Source: Octopus sinensis
Lineage: Eukaryota
Assembly (NCBI RefSeq): GCF_006345805.1
Contig: NC_042998.1
Location: 73,532,001-73,596,000 of the forward strand
Direction: 5' to 3'
DNA length: 64,000 bases
Shown piece by piece: positions 14,179 through 27,385 of the stretch. The stretch's first letter is position 1; each line of letters opens with the position of its first letter. A program made the position numbers and the translations under genes. The notes under the pieces are model-generated. The model was not told the origin of the DNA. It did no database searches and worked only from the letters and a program-made list of their open reading frames with translations.

Positions 14179-14672
14179 TGTATGTATGTATATGTTTATA
14201 TATATACATGTATTTATATGTGTGTTAAAGAAGAATGGAGAATTATTCAACTCCAGAACTTGTATATTAGTGGTTTACGCGTTTATGCTTATTAAATTCA
14301 CGTTAGATTCCAATCCGACACGTGTTTCTGCTGCAGCATAAGTGTCCTAATTTTCTTTGATTAGGTATTTATGTGTATTTAGGTGGTTCAGTTGTAGTAC
14401 ATTTTCATACGGGGTAGACATTACTTTAATGAACTTCAAGTTAGATGTATAATTCTCCATTCTTCTTTATCATTGCTTCATTGTATTATATTATATTACA
14501 TATTATATTATATATCATATTATATCATATCATTTCTCTCCTTGTTTCTTTCTGTAGAAGACGGTAGGCTCAAAAAGTAAAATACTTTTTCAATTCCTGA
14601 GCGTTATACTAATACATTTGTTTGTTTTCTACACCACCTGTCTTCGTCTTTTGTTTTTTCGTGAATTCTCCG

Positions 14673-14739
<67 letters not shown>

Positions 14740-15077
14740 TTAGTGAAGGCGCATGGCTCAATGTTTAGAGCGTCGAGCGAACACACATACACAAAGAAAT
14801 ACAAGAACTGTATCGTTTTTTCTTTTTCTTTTTTTTTTTGTCTCGAGTCTTATGACAGCAGTAACACAATGGAGTGAAAGGACGGGGCTGAAGAGAATGC
14901 CCCATTGCTGCTAAAAACTTTGACACACACTCAAGCATACCAACACACGCACACGCACGCACACACACACACAAACACAAAATAAGGACACAAAGGCATG
15001 TGCACATAAGAATACAAATCTCAGAAGAACAGAATGGAGTAAGCGAAGCAAGAACACACACGGAAACGAAAGTGAAG

Positions 15078-15111
15078 CTGAAGAGGTCACAAATGTGCGA
15101 CGAAAGATTTC
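15078..15111 (+). ncRNA. Partial hammerhead-ribozyme-like core
   Basis: CTGAAGA G GTCAC AAAT GTG C GAC GAAA GAT TTC: core boxes and stem II are present. Stem I does not pair well, so it is probably degenerate. Confidence 0.35.
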
Positions 15112-15132
15112 CGGATAATGGACATAACTTAA

Positions 15133-15212
<80 letters not shown>

Positions 15213-15254
15213 ATATATATGTATGTATGTATGTATATATATATATATATATAT

Positions 15255-15295
<41 letters not shown>

Positions 15296-16524
15296 TATGT
15301 ATGTATGCATGTATGTACATAGTACATACATAGTACATACATACATATGTACATACGTACATAAATTCATACATACATACATACAAATAAATTAGTAGTA
15401 TAAATAACGGGTATTACCGGTAAACAGGAATCGATATAGCTTCAATGAATCATCGCACTTGAAAACTTTTCAATTTTCATAAAACACTGAAATGTAATCA
15501 ATGATTATATCGCCATATTGTATGTTGTCAGGGATATTACATCGTTATTCGGAGACACCTTTGATCGCTTCTCTTCTGATAAATACAACCAATAATTTAA
15601 TGACAATGTGGAAACAATTATTAAGTGGAGGATAAGTTGAGCTCATCTGTAAAGTAGTTTCGATTTTTTTTTCAATGTATTCCATACGCCCACTATTGAT
15701 CATAATAAAATCGTGAACGAAATATATCACGTGCTCCTCTTACAACTTCAGGTTTGTCGATAAGCTCAAACAAAATAAATATATTACATGTATTCGTAAT
15801 GAAGTCCGTGAAGTAGCAATTAAGCTCTTGGTTTTTGCCCTTTGAAAATGATCTGCTTTCGATTTCGCTCCAGTGATGCATTGAATCCATGAGCAAGGCA
15901 CTTCATTTTACGTTATTCAAGTCTATTTACTTCTATAGAATATCGGCTAGATTCTAGAGCAACTGCCTCTTTCCCTCCAGATTGCAGTTCAAAGCTAAGA
16001 GATCTGAGAAGCTATTCATATACTGCGCGTGACTACACGGACATTTGAAACAACTAGAGAAAGCATGGGAAAGCAAGTCTTATATGTTTCCTAAGTAATG
16101 ACTGGCTATGTTGTATTAAGTCCACTTCATTATATTTCTAACGCAGTTTTCGAAAACCATGAATTTTACACTTTTAACTCTCCTTGTTACTTAGTATAAA
16201 GACATCCCATCGCGTAAATAAATTCTCATGTAAAACACTTCTATCTGATTCAGGCGATTACAAGGACTAAATTTGAAGATTGTAAAATTCAAATGGATTT
16301 TGACAGGAATTGGACATTTAAATATGGTGATAACATTTGTACACATCTCATATCTAATATCATAAACTCATTTGATCTTCATGACCAGTCTTAAAACTTC
16401 ATTTTCATCAGTCCATTGTAATTTTCCTATCATTTGAGCATGTGTATGTGTGTCTATACACACATAGCCACGCGTATACACACTTACACTTACACATATA
16501 CACATATTGATGTGTGTGCTTATG

Positions 16525-16614
<90 letters not shown>

Positions 16615-16762
16615 AATTATAAATAAGGGCAAACGAAAAAATTTCTAATGCCAAATATGCCGAAAAGTTGGACATATTGTCCATTACCATATAATTTTTC
16701 ACAATACGCACGCTACTCGAAAAGAAGCCGACAGAAATTTCTAAGACATTCCATTATTACCA

Positions 16763-16815
16763 TATCGGACCGATTTCAGGGTAAGTTCGTAAGAACACTC
16801 CCTTCGTCAGTGATA
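16763..16815 (-). ncRNA. Type I hammerhead-ribozyme-like motif
   Basis: The minus strand reads TATCA CTGACGA AGGG [AGTGTTCTTACGAACTTA] CCCT GAAA TCG GTC CGATA. Core boxes are intact, stem II is AGGG/CCCT with an inner GTTC/GAAC hairpin, the triplet is GUC, and stem I TATCA/CGATA has one mismatch. Confidence 0.6.
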
Positions 16816-17087
16816 AATGTGGTAAAGAAATAAATGAGATACTTAATCATACCCATGGAAGAAGCAAAATACTAAGTCATGAGCACAATTAAGTACCCCC
16901 AGATACATCCAAAATAGTAATACTCCAGCCCATGCAAGACAGTAACATATATATGTAAAAAAATACAAACTGGGACAAGAATGCAAAGCATTTAGATGAC
17001 GATGTTTTGCGTTGTTGTTCCATTTTGTATTTTTTTACATATATATATATAGCGACGTACGTAACCTCTCTCTTATATGTAAGTACA

Positions 17088-17210
<123 letters not shown>

Positions 17211-17511
17211 TATATATAATATATATATATATAATTATATATATACTCACCACTTTTTCAATTTAAGATGTTGCAAACAATTATGGTTTCTGTTCAAAGT
17301 GAGAATAAAACCTTACCACCCACTGATTGACAAACCAGACACGTTTTATTTTCTTGTCAAAAACGCTATTACTTGATTCAGATATATTTATGTAAACTAA
17401 TTTTCACCTTCTTATTGTTGTGAAATTAGTTTTTTTTTACCTGATCAGAATGTTTTTATGTAAACTATTTTTCGACTCACCACAGAGGATACACATTTGA
17501 AAATTTAAAAT

Positions 17512-17690
17512 CTTGACAACCGACGTTGTAACTTAGCGGTTCAGCAAAAGTGAGTTATAGAATAAGTACCAGGTTTAAAAACAAAATCCTGAGGTGGATG
17601 ATCTGTTCGATTAAAACTCTTAAAGACGGTCCCCGAGTATACCCGCCGTCAAATGACAGAGACAAGTAATAGATAAAAGACAAAAGAAAT
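17512..17690 (+). mobile_element. 3' half of the (TA)n-containing SINE, degenerate
   Basis: cttgacaaccga..taacttagcggttcagcaaaag..atagaataagtacc..gtcaaatgacagagacaagtaa matches the family tail. Confidence 0.75.
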
Positions 17691-17731
17691 AATAATATAG
17701 ATAGATAGATAGATGGATAGATATAGATATA

Positions 17732-17820
<89 letters not shown>

Positions 17821-17824
<4 letters not shown>

Positions 17825-18156
17825 TCCGGTTCAGTCCCACTGCGTGGCATCTTGGGCAAGAGTCTTCTACTATAGCCTCGGGCCGACCAAAGCCTTGTTA
17901 GTGGATTTCGTAGACAGAAACGCAAAGAAGCCCGTCGTATATATGTATAGTATATTTATGTGTGTGTGTGTTTGTCCGCCTAGTATTGCGTGACAACCGA
18001 TGCTGGTGTGTTTATATCCCCGTCAAATAGCGGTTCGGCAAAAGTGACCGATAGAATAAGTCCTGGGCTTCCAAAGAATACGTCCCGGGGTCGATTTGCT
18101 CGACTAAAGGCGGTGCTCCAGCATGCCCGCAGTCATATGATTGAAACATGTAAAAG
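17821..18156 (+). mobile_element. (TA)n-containing SINE lacking the A-box head
   Basis: ttccggttcagtcccactgcgtggcatcttgggcaagagtcttctactatagcctcgggccgaccaaagcc...gactaaaggcggtgctccagcatgcccgcagtcatatgattgaaac, colinear with the reverse complement of 53848-54230. Confidence 0.9.
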
Positions 18157-18171
18157 TGTGTATATATATAA

Positions 18172-18202
<31 letters not shown>

Positions 18203-18299
18203 TATATTGAGGGTACTACTATTCATAGATACCGCACGCTAAGAGGGACCAATGCGGTCAAAACTACTAAAATAAACAAAATTTTATATATATATATAT

Positions 18300-18499
18300 A
18301 TAAAGTTAATCCAAACAAGAAAGCACAAAAAAACACAACAACACGAGGACGTGGAACAAATATAGTATTATTGGACGCTCAGGAAAGAAGGAACGAAGGA
18401 GGGCTTAACGTTTCGAGCGGAGCTCTTCGTCGAAACATAGGAGGAGGAAAGATCCAGAGAAGGGAAGACAGAGGGAAAAAATCGCCAACGGTACACACG

Positions 18500-18503
<4 letters not shown>
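18300..18503 (-). mobile_element. Microsatellite-flanked repeat with a degenerate minimal hammerhead core (probable Penelope-like terminus)
   Basis: The minus strand at 18403-18437 reads GTTT C-GACGA A GAGC TCC GCTC GAAA C GTT AAGC. It is flanked by (TA)n and (TC)n. Confidence 0.5.
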
Positions 18504-18593
<90 letters not shown>

Positions 18594-18596
<3 letters not shown>

Positions 18597-18630
18597 ATAC
18601 CCGGCGTTGCCCACAGCATTTCTAGCTATC
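18594..18630 (-). mobile_element. Possible Helitron 3'-end motif
   Basis: The minus strand gtgggcaacgccgggtattctga resembles a GC-rich subterminal hairpin of the Helitron type. The terminal CTAG is not intact. Confidence 0.3.
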
Positions 18631-19614
18631 CGAACCTGTAATGAATGCATTATACTACAGGTGTTAAATATAGGGTTAACTGAGACTGAAAACAATTTTT
18701 ATTCCTTTGAAACTTTTATGCTGTAATGCAACATTTGTAGTTTTTGTTAGTGCTTCCTTTGTACTTCAGTGTGATAATTCTTTTAAAATGCGGCTCTTTG
18801 CTGATGAAGACAGCAACCTTATTCTATTAAGGCGCATCCAGGCGATGAGATGTTCTCCAGATGGCCGCCAGAGGTCAACAATAACAAATTTTAAACTCCA
18901 AAAGTTCTCTTGACTCCAAGACACACTCGAGACACTGGACATACTCTTGGCGTGTTGAATCTTTTTATTTGCTATTAGAATTAATCCCTAAATAATGGGT
19001 TTCGAACCCGAAATTAGGCTCAACGATCTAAGTATTAGGTTAAAATTACTTGGTTAGAGTATTATGAGTTGTTTTTATGTTATGCGTAGGCATTCATTCA
19101 ATTGATGTGAGTTGTTAGCTGTTACTGTATTTTTGTTTAGGTTTTATGGTATTTATTTATTCAGAATACGTTCTTTTATCTGCGATTTACCGTTATAACG
19201 ATCTATAGATTCAAAGGCAACTGCCTGTGGTATTCTCGTTCATGTTATTCGATTTTTCAAGCTTTTGAGTTGAAGCGATTTCTTATTCGGATATGTAGTA
19301 GCTGAAACTTGCTAGCAATGGAAAATTCGTTCCATTTGGAACATATAATCTGTTTGAAAACATCAGTGCTGCATACCAGGATGTAGGCATGTTCGTTATT
19401 CATGTTTCTGGCTTTAGCAGTAATGTAAAGTAATATAAAGTAGCTGTCTTGTTTTGATGTCAGATTCCTGAACTTCAGCTAGACAGATAGATCTAATGTC
19501 ATCGGATCATTCCATGCTGAATCCAATATGGTCATTCAAGCTCATGAAACTTTCAAATTTTGAGTTAGCTTCTTCGCATGAATAGAAAAAAAGGGGGTAA
19601 CGACCCCCTTCATT

Positions 19615-19910
19615 CATGAATGACCATGAGATTGCGCCTAGAAAGTTCCCATTCAAAGCACAAGTTCAGGCAAAGTCGTTTATGGAAGACCAGCAGTCGC
19701 CCCTGCATACCAGCTCTTCCCGCTTCTCCATGCCACCAATATTATCCGAGGGAAAGGCAAAGGCCGATGCAGCTTGGCACCAGCGACGTTGCAACTCCTT
19801 TCTACAGCTGAGTGAACCGGAACGAGGTGAAATAAAGTGCTTTGCTCAAGAATACAACACTCATGATTATAAACACGATGCTCTAGCCACTGAGCCATGC
19901 TCATCCACTT
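19615..19910 (-). mobile_element. Degenerate tRNA-head CORE-like SINE
   Basis: The minus strand has tggctcagtggctagagcat and gtattcttgagcaaagcactttatttcacc..cactcagctgtagaaa, the central domain shared with 2500-2739 and 24802-25122. Confidence 0.7.
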
Positions 19911-20347
19911 GTCACATATATCGTTTATATATAAATAGTGAAAGAGGTACAAGAGAAGCAATTATTGACCAATCGGCTGTCCAACTGGTCCACAAACTGT
20001 TCTACTCTCATTGCGTCTAATATCCACCTACACCAGTCTATCATTTTAGACAATATCTATTTTGATTTCCTCAAGTGAACCTTCAAAGAAAGGTGATACT
20101 TACCAATAGCAGCCAAACTTCTGGATCTACTAAATAGGGTTATGAACAATTCCTATCGATAATTATAACCGTTTGATAACACTTCTTGTTTATATATAAC
20201 GTATATAGATTTTTATATACGAATAGCCCCAGCGCAAGAGCCGACTTAACACGTCAGTATTCTGAACCTCCATTTCAAACAGAAGCACATACGATACCAC
20301 GAGGACCATTACCGCCAAATATTCATGTATATGTAAATGTGTGTGTG

Positions 20348-20580
<233 letters not shown>

Positions 20581-20812
20581 AAAAGATAGATTGCGTGGAC
20601 AAATAGTTATATACCAGCTACTGTTAAGGTTTGAGCTTTTGGTTGATTATCACCGTCCAGCAGACTGAAAGATGTATACAGATTACGCAGGTAATTTAGG
20701 TAATGATATTATTATGTATGATATACAGAGCGAATGGTGGACAAAACACGGTAAACACAAGTTTATATCATTAGTTCAACATACTTTTCACGTATGTTGA
20801 ACTAAAAATATA

Positions 20813-20902
<90 letters not shown>

Positions 20903-20913
20903 ATATAATATAT

Positions 20914-20944
<31 letters not shown>

Positions 20945-21744
20945 GGAAAAGACACGGAAATATATTCTAGAGAATGTTTAATATTTGACTTAGAGAAAGT
21001 GATTTAAAATTTAACTGGTTTCGAGGTATCCATTGTATAATATTAGAAATAATTTGGGGGGCAGTCAGGGAGAAGTAAAAATTTGGCATTTGTACCTATA
21101 TTTTAAATCTTAGTGAAATTTTGCTTCAGAGTCATTCTCATATATATGTTTTGTCTATGTAGGTTTGAGCTGAGGTTCAAGAGTTCAAGTTTTAGGAATT
21201 CTACTGAAAACAAGTCTTTTGAATTCAATGATTTGGCCAGCTGTGTGTATGTGTGCCTCTGTGTGTGTGTGTGTGCGTGCGTGCGTGTGTGTGTGTCTGT
21301 GTGTGTGTGTGTGGTTGGAGTATATAGTCAAAAACATTTTTCCTTTTATCTTTTTCTATTGAGAGAAAATGGTTTAGTGATTAATTTTTTTTTAAGGATG
21401 GATATTCGAAGAATTAGGGTGGAATCATATGCCATTGGTTTTGTTGTGTGTTCGTGTGCATGTGTGTGTCTTTGGGATATAATGTCAAAGTATTTTTCTT
21501 TCATCGTTTTTCTGTTGCGTGGATGTGGTTAATAGTTCTTTATAACTGCATATGTGTCTCTATATGGGTGTGCGTATGTAGTGTGTGTGCGTATACCGCG
21601 AGGTAGTACACACACAAAGAAACACACACACACAAAACGCGTTTTCGACACTGTCATTATAGTCTCACCGCAACTATATCATCGACAGTCAACCAATTTT
21701 CAAACACCCGTCATCCTATATCAAGAATGTTATCACTGTTTATT

Positions 21745-22630
21745 TTGAAGTAATTTAAATTTTTCTATTCTGAAACTTGTTTCCATGATATTGCAAACAT
21801 ATGAAATGCTTCAATAAAGGATTTCCGTTTCTCACTTGGCGTTGAATATCATCGAATTTTAAATGCTAGAACAAATTTCTCCTCAAGAATAAACTTTCAA
21901 ACCTCAAATGAAGACTTGGTCACATGATTACATTTACGAAGCATTAATTCAAAGGGAAGAATATTAATATGTTATTTAATGGGAAATTATTTGTGTTCAT
22001 ACAGTCGTAAAATAAGAAAATTCTTTTTGGCTTTTACTTCAAATGTTACTTAGACAATCAGTTCTTTAAACAAGCTGTATATTCACGCATTTTCATTAGA
22101 ACACTAATCAAGCGATAAACTTAGAGCATGCTTCAAACACCGAGGATTTTTACTACTCCCGATTACTAGAGGTTCTGATTTTTCTCCCTTCATGACAGTA
22201 CAAAAAAACCTTGTCACATGCACTTTTAAAGATTTAAATTCTCTGATATATTCATTTTTAGACAAATAAGCATTTTCAGGCATTACATAAAAATAAACCA
22301 TGCTTCATTTGTATTAGAAGAATATTCAACTGTAGCCATTCTGTCTTAATCCACACGTCATCTAATAAAGTTTTCAAAATCTTCAACATTTTTTGCCACA
22401 ACAATAACGCATTTGTGCGCGTTATTCGTTTACATCTCTCACTTGTTAAATCATCCATCCGTTGATGTGAAATTTTGTTTACAAATGCTTTTTTCAATAC
22501 TCCTTCAGTTATTGATATACCAGCAGTTCAGAAACTTAAGCATTTATTTCACAAATATTGCTGAATCAGTTTTCAATATTGACTCAACTTCACTACAACG
22601 TACAATCTTATCATTTATTCGGAACGGAAA
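21745..22630 (-). pseudogene. Tigger/pogo (CENP-B-like, DDE_1) transposase remnant
   Basis: Broken frames give CTVMKGEKSEPLVIGSSKNPRCLK (cf. C.N..GEK.KPLVIGKSKNPRCFK), a degenerate F..S.GW, and IEAFHMFAISWKQVSE (cf. LDA..M...W..VS). There are many stops and frameshifts. Confidence 0.8.
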
Positions 22631-22789
22631 GTGCTGATTTTGCAATATATATATTTTTTTTTTATATATTGTTTTTTTTTCTGTCACACATGAATTGCTC
22701 TGAAATGATTAAAAGAACAGAAGCGCTGCTTTAATAGTCATATATATAAATGAAAGTATGTATATGTTGTATAGCATGTACGAATATAT

Positions 22790-22820
<31 letters not shown>

Positions 22821-22910
22821 TATGTATATATACATGTAGAGAGAAAGAGAAAAAGAAAGAGATTAGTATACATGCATATATATATACATACATACACACA
22901 TATACATACA

Positions 22911-22968
<58 letters not shown>

Positions 22969-23169
22969 ATATATAATATATATATATATATGTATATAGT
23001 GTTGAGATTATAAAAAGTTTGTAAGTTCGATATATTGGTTTGAATTCATGATCAAATTTAGATTTCTCTTTTAAAATTTTAACTGAAGATGGTGGAATAT
23101 ATGTTATTTTGTTATCATGCAATCTATAAATGATGAACACATCAATAAAATTCTAAACCTTGGTAAATT

Positions 23170-24235
23170 TTAAACCTTGGACGCACGGATGTAGACAAAA
23201 GCTGTTCCGCCACTTGGTAGAAACTCAAGGAAAAAAGAAGGTATAAGCGAGAAACCTACCAGGGAAGAAACCCCAAGTGCAAGTGCCTCTACCACCATCA
23301 AAGTGAAAAACCGAAGAGTTGAAAGAGCTAAGAAAAGACAACAAAATAAACAAAAAAGATGCAAAAGATGAAACAACCTAAGAAAGAAGTAAATCTGACT
23401 GAGCATTACAAGAAAAAGGATAAAAAGAGACAGTACACACGAATATGTAAGTTCTACTTGAAAGGTATCTACTGACATGGAGAGGGAGGTGCAAACTGTC
23501 GATTTCCACACCGAAAACCCTGCCTCACCAACATGAAAGTACCCGCCAAAAGGAAGGAATCTACAAGAAACTCTCAATATCTTTCCAGTTTGAACTTCTA
23601 TAAGGCAAACTGGAAACAAACTAAGAACGAGATCCTCAAGTAAGACTAGCCTAAATGTCTCTTCTCACCGGACATCGACATAAAACTTAAACAATTCACG
23701 CCTGTAATACTCGTCATATGCTACAAATGTGTTCTGGAGAGGAGGGCCCATCATATAAGCTACTGGGAAAGACTCAAGAGATTGAGACTCTATTCCCTGG
23801 AGCGTATGCGGGGAAGAAATGCTGCATTATACATCTAGGAGATCCTGAAGGGACTTGACCCACATTTGGCATTGAGAGTTATACTAACGCTAGAACAGAG
23901 TACCACTGCATAGTGCCAAAGACTCCAACTTTGCCATCAAAATATAGGGCAAGCTATTGCAATAACCTGGGCTTTAAATGTCCACAGCTATTGAATATCC
24001 TTCCGAAGATTCCTACATGGGGTGGATATAGATGCCTTCAAAACAAAACTAGATCGCTAGATCTTTTAAGAATCCCAGAGGAACCAGCTTCACATGAAAA
24101 TTAGAGCAGCGGCGTCAAACTCCCTCGTGCATCAAATGTCAAGTTCTAAAAAGAATTATCGAAGTAACAATTATGTAGCAACAACAAAAAGCAGTGCCCC
24201 AGCATGGCCACAACTGGTGAGCCGAAACTAGATCA
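23170..24235 (+). mobile_element. CR1-type LINE derivative with large internal deletions
   Basis: ORF1-like RICKFYLKGIY*HGEGGANCRFPHRKPC (23440-23523); post-endonuclease linker LNFYKANWKQTKNEILK*D*PK (from 23585); then directly the ORF2 C-terminus HISYWERLKRLRLYSLER (from about 23750) and the 3' tail shared with 63410-64000. Confidence 0.85.
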
Positions 24236-24243
24236 ATAATTCA

Positions 24244-24340
<97 letters not shown>

Positions 24341-24801
24341 CAAACACACACACACATATATATACACATATATACAAACATATATACAAACATATATACA
24401 AACATACATACAAAACCTATACACACATATATACACATGCACATGCACAGGAGTGTGAATTATGTTCTTTGAACAGGTATGGCAACATCCGCAAGGCTGA
24501 ATACAGTGTAAGAATATACATCTTTCATACGGACAGGTGTACCAAAACACGATTGTGCCATCAGCACCTTAGAAGAGATCCACCAGAATACATTTACTTC
24601 TCAGTGATTACAGTTCTTGCAGTGGAACGATTTCTTCAGAATTTAAGTAACAATATCTTGAGCTTTGATTTAAATAAAGAGATAACTTTTAATTCGTTTA
24701 AGATAAAGTGTTTGCACACGCTTATTTTGATAGCAAAAACAGATTAATGTTGTAATTCGGGAATACACTAAGTGTATGTATACATGTATATGTATAAATG
24801 T

Positions 24802-25122
24802 GAAGGCATGTGGCTTAGTTGTTTGGGCATTCGGCTCAAGATCGCAAAGTCGTGTGTTCAATTCCCGGCGACGCATTGTGTCCTTGAGCAAGACACTTTA
24901 TTTCACGTTACTCCAGTCCACTCAACTGGCAAAAAAGAGTAGTATTTGTATTTCAAAGGGCCGGCCTTGTCACACTTTGTGTCACGCTAAACATCCCTGC
25001 GAACTACATTAAGGGTACACGTATCTGTGGAATGCTCAGCCACTTGCACGTTAATTTCACGAGCAAGCTGTTCCGTTGATCGTATCAGCTAGGACCCTCG
25101 TCGTTGTAACCGACAGAGTGCT
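24802..25122 (+). mobile_element. Full-length tRNA-head CORE-like SINE
   Basis: A-box-like tggcttagttg and B-box-like gttcaattccc, then tgtgtccttgagcaagacactttatttcacgttactccagtccactcaactggcaaaaa and a family-specific tail. Confidence 0.88.
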
Positions 25123-25204
25123 ACTTAATATGTATAAATAATTGCTGGCCTTGTGCCAAAATTTACAACCGATATTGTTATCATCATTATCAATATCATC
25201 GTCA

Positions 25205-25360
25205 TTATTATTATTTTAGTTTGGCTCCGGTTCTGTCCTATTCCTGGTAGGATTTATGTCGGTAGCGGGTTACTACCTGTAACCTTACGTATCCACAAGT
25301 TTTCAGCTGTCTTTCAAGTGCTTGAACCCTCTTTTCGATTTCGATTAGCAGATCTTTATA

Positions 25361-25421
<61 letters not shown>

Positions 25422-26420
25422 TGTTTTACTTCTCAGAACATTTGGTCTTATTTGTTCTTGTAGATACTGTGAGAGCGGACAGAAGCCTGCTGTCAGATGT
25501 CTCACATAGACTCTTTCTGCACATTCTAAGTTTTGATACTTAGTTGTTAATTATCGTATTGAAGAACGTTAACCTGGTAGTTTTTTGGTAAGCCAGCTTT
25601 GATTTTGTACCGCTAATATGAAACCTTAAGTTTCTGCTTTCAGTCCTGAACTTCTCATCCACTGATGTGTTGTTGCTTGGTCTATATCAGCACTTCGGCT
25701 TCGAAGTATATACTGACCATGCAGAGGCTTCTGGCTCCATTGCTCCTCAATTTGTTTCTGCCCGTTCTTTTTTACAGTCTGTTTGATTTGATTTGCCTGT
25801 TTGGTGACAGTGGTTTCAGGTTCTAATTTCAGTGGTTTCAGGTTTTAATTCAGGGTTGATGCGAGTTCCCTTGCGAATTTACAATCTTCCTTGACAATAG
25901 AATGTTGCATACTATCCACAGCATCCAGTCCTCTGTACTAGATAAGTACTTGTTCATTGCTATTATGGATGTCTTATAGCACAGTTCTATCTGCATCATT
26001 CCCATTCTCTCATTACTTCTATGTAAGTACAGACGATAAACGTCTGCTTCTGGGTGGTGCATGTTCTTAGACGTTAGCTGTCTTCTTGTCTTCCTGTCCA
26101 GGCGTTGGAGCTCTGTAAGATTCCAGTTAATGATGTTACAACTATATTGGACTACTGAAAATTCTAGGGTGTTAATAGCTTCAATGCGATTTTTTTTTAT
26201 TTGAGTTCAGTTTTTAGTATGAGTCTTACTCTCCTGTAATACTCCTTTTTTATTTTTCCTTCATAGTAGCATGTTGAACACCATCTCTTTCGTTTATCCC
26301 CAGGCATTTATAACTTTCTTGTGGATCAGCCTCCTTGATGTTAGTGTCGGTATCTAATACGCTTTGTTCTCAGTTCAGATATTTATGTCATATTTCAAAT
26401 GCTAAATACTTCCTATATTT
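25205..26420 (-). pseudogene. R4/Dong-type (RLE) non-LTR retrotransposon remnant
   Basis: Translates (with breaks) to ESYKCLGINERDGVQHATMKEK..EYYRRVRLILKTEL..NRIEAINTL..VVQYS..IINWNLTELQRLDRKTRRQLTSKNMHHPEADVYRLYLHRS; WSQKPLHGQY..THQWMRSSGLKAET*GFILAVQNQ; HLTAG; KYKDLLIEIEK. It ends in a (TAA)n tail. Confidence 0.85.
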
Positions 26421-26688
26421 CCATTATATCAGTGTCAACTGAGTTAAAAGATAAAATGATATCACTTTAACTGTATGGGGGTAACCATTACATTTTGACC
26501 TTCTTTGTGTATGACTGAGTATACCTTCTGATATTTCCAAAAGAAATCATTTCCCCATATCTCATGTGAAATGTTGTGTGTATGTTGCAAACTACGGGAC
26601 CATCTTATTAACGTATGTGAAAAAATAATAGTATTTTTAAAACATGTATTATTTACGAAAATCTTAACATGATACAACAGATCTAAAT

Positions 26689-26745
26689 GTCGAAAATTAC
26701 GGAGTTAAATAAACGTACTTGCTACCGCACTCCGTAATTGTCGAC
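26689..26745. other. Isolated inverted repeat, 17-bp arms (16/17 match), 23-nt loop
   Basis: gtcgaaaattacggagt ... actccgtaattgtcgac. Confidence 0.85.
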
Positions 26746-27323
26746 CTTGGCAGTAATATGACTTTTTATGCATCTGCAAATTGTTACGTTTTACACTCGA
26801 TCCGATAATAGTCTTGACACATTATAAACATTTTATTAAAGTTCTTAAAACGGTTATTGTCACTGACACACATTATGAGAACAGTCGCCTTTATTGTACA
26901 AGTGTTAGACAAATAGGTGTTGGTGTCCCTTACTTAACACGCAACCACTGCAACTAACAATGTTCTGTAACGGACGAGTTTGGCAACCATAATATCAAAT
27001 AAAAATAAACCAACACATGAATAAATATTCTGGAAATTGTATGATGCCTCAGTTCCTGTAGCAGGGTGGTTCAAGGATAAATAAATGATTAACAAGATAA
27101 ACAGGCGACAAACGGATAAAATGAGGTTAAAAATATATAATCCATATGGCGAAGTTATTGACTCACGGAGAAATTTAGAAAAACAAATTTTGGGTTAAAG
27201 AATCATATCACAGGATGTCAGTGGAATGCATTAAAAATATATTCTGCATTAAACCCGTCTTTTTAAAGGAAGGAAGTAAGGAGAAAATGGTGCGGGTATG
27301 TGTGTGTGTGTGAATGTGTGTGT

Positions 27324-27385
<62 letters not shown>

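Noticed and set aside
14553-14585. Degenerate hammerhead-like string ctgtagaagacggtaggctcaaaaagta
   Set aside because: Both core boxes are mutated and cannot be supported from this copy.
15540-15720. Possible maT/Tc1 C-terminal relic
   Set aside because: Only a vague VW..LKK resemblance, with no catalytic motif.
16700-16786. Splice donor cagg|gtaagt
   Set aside because: It lies within the antisense of the hammerhead motif and has no good acceptor.
18630-19400. Helitron helicase coding remnant
   Set aside because: No convincing PIF1 motifs could be read. Only the terminal motif was kept, at low confidence.
24802-24875. tRNA gene
   Set aside because: A- and B-box-like motifs only. It is a SINE head with no cloverleaf.
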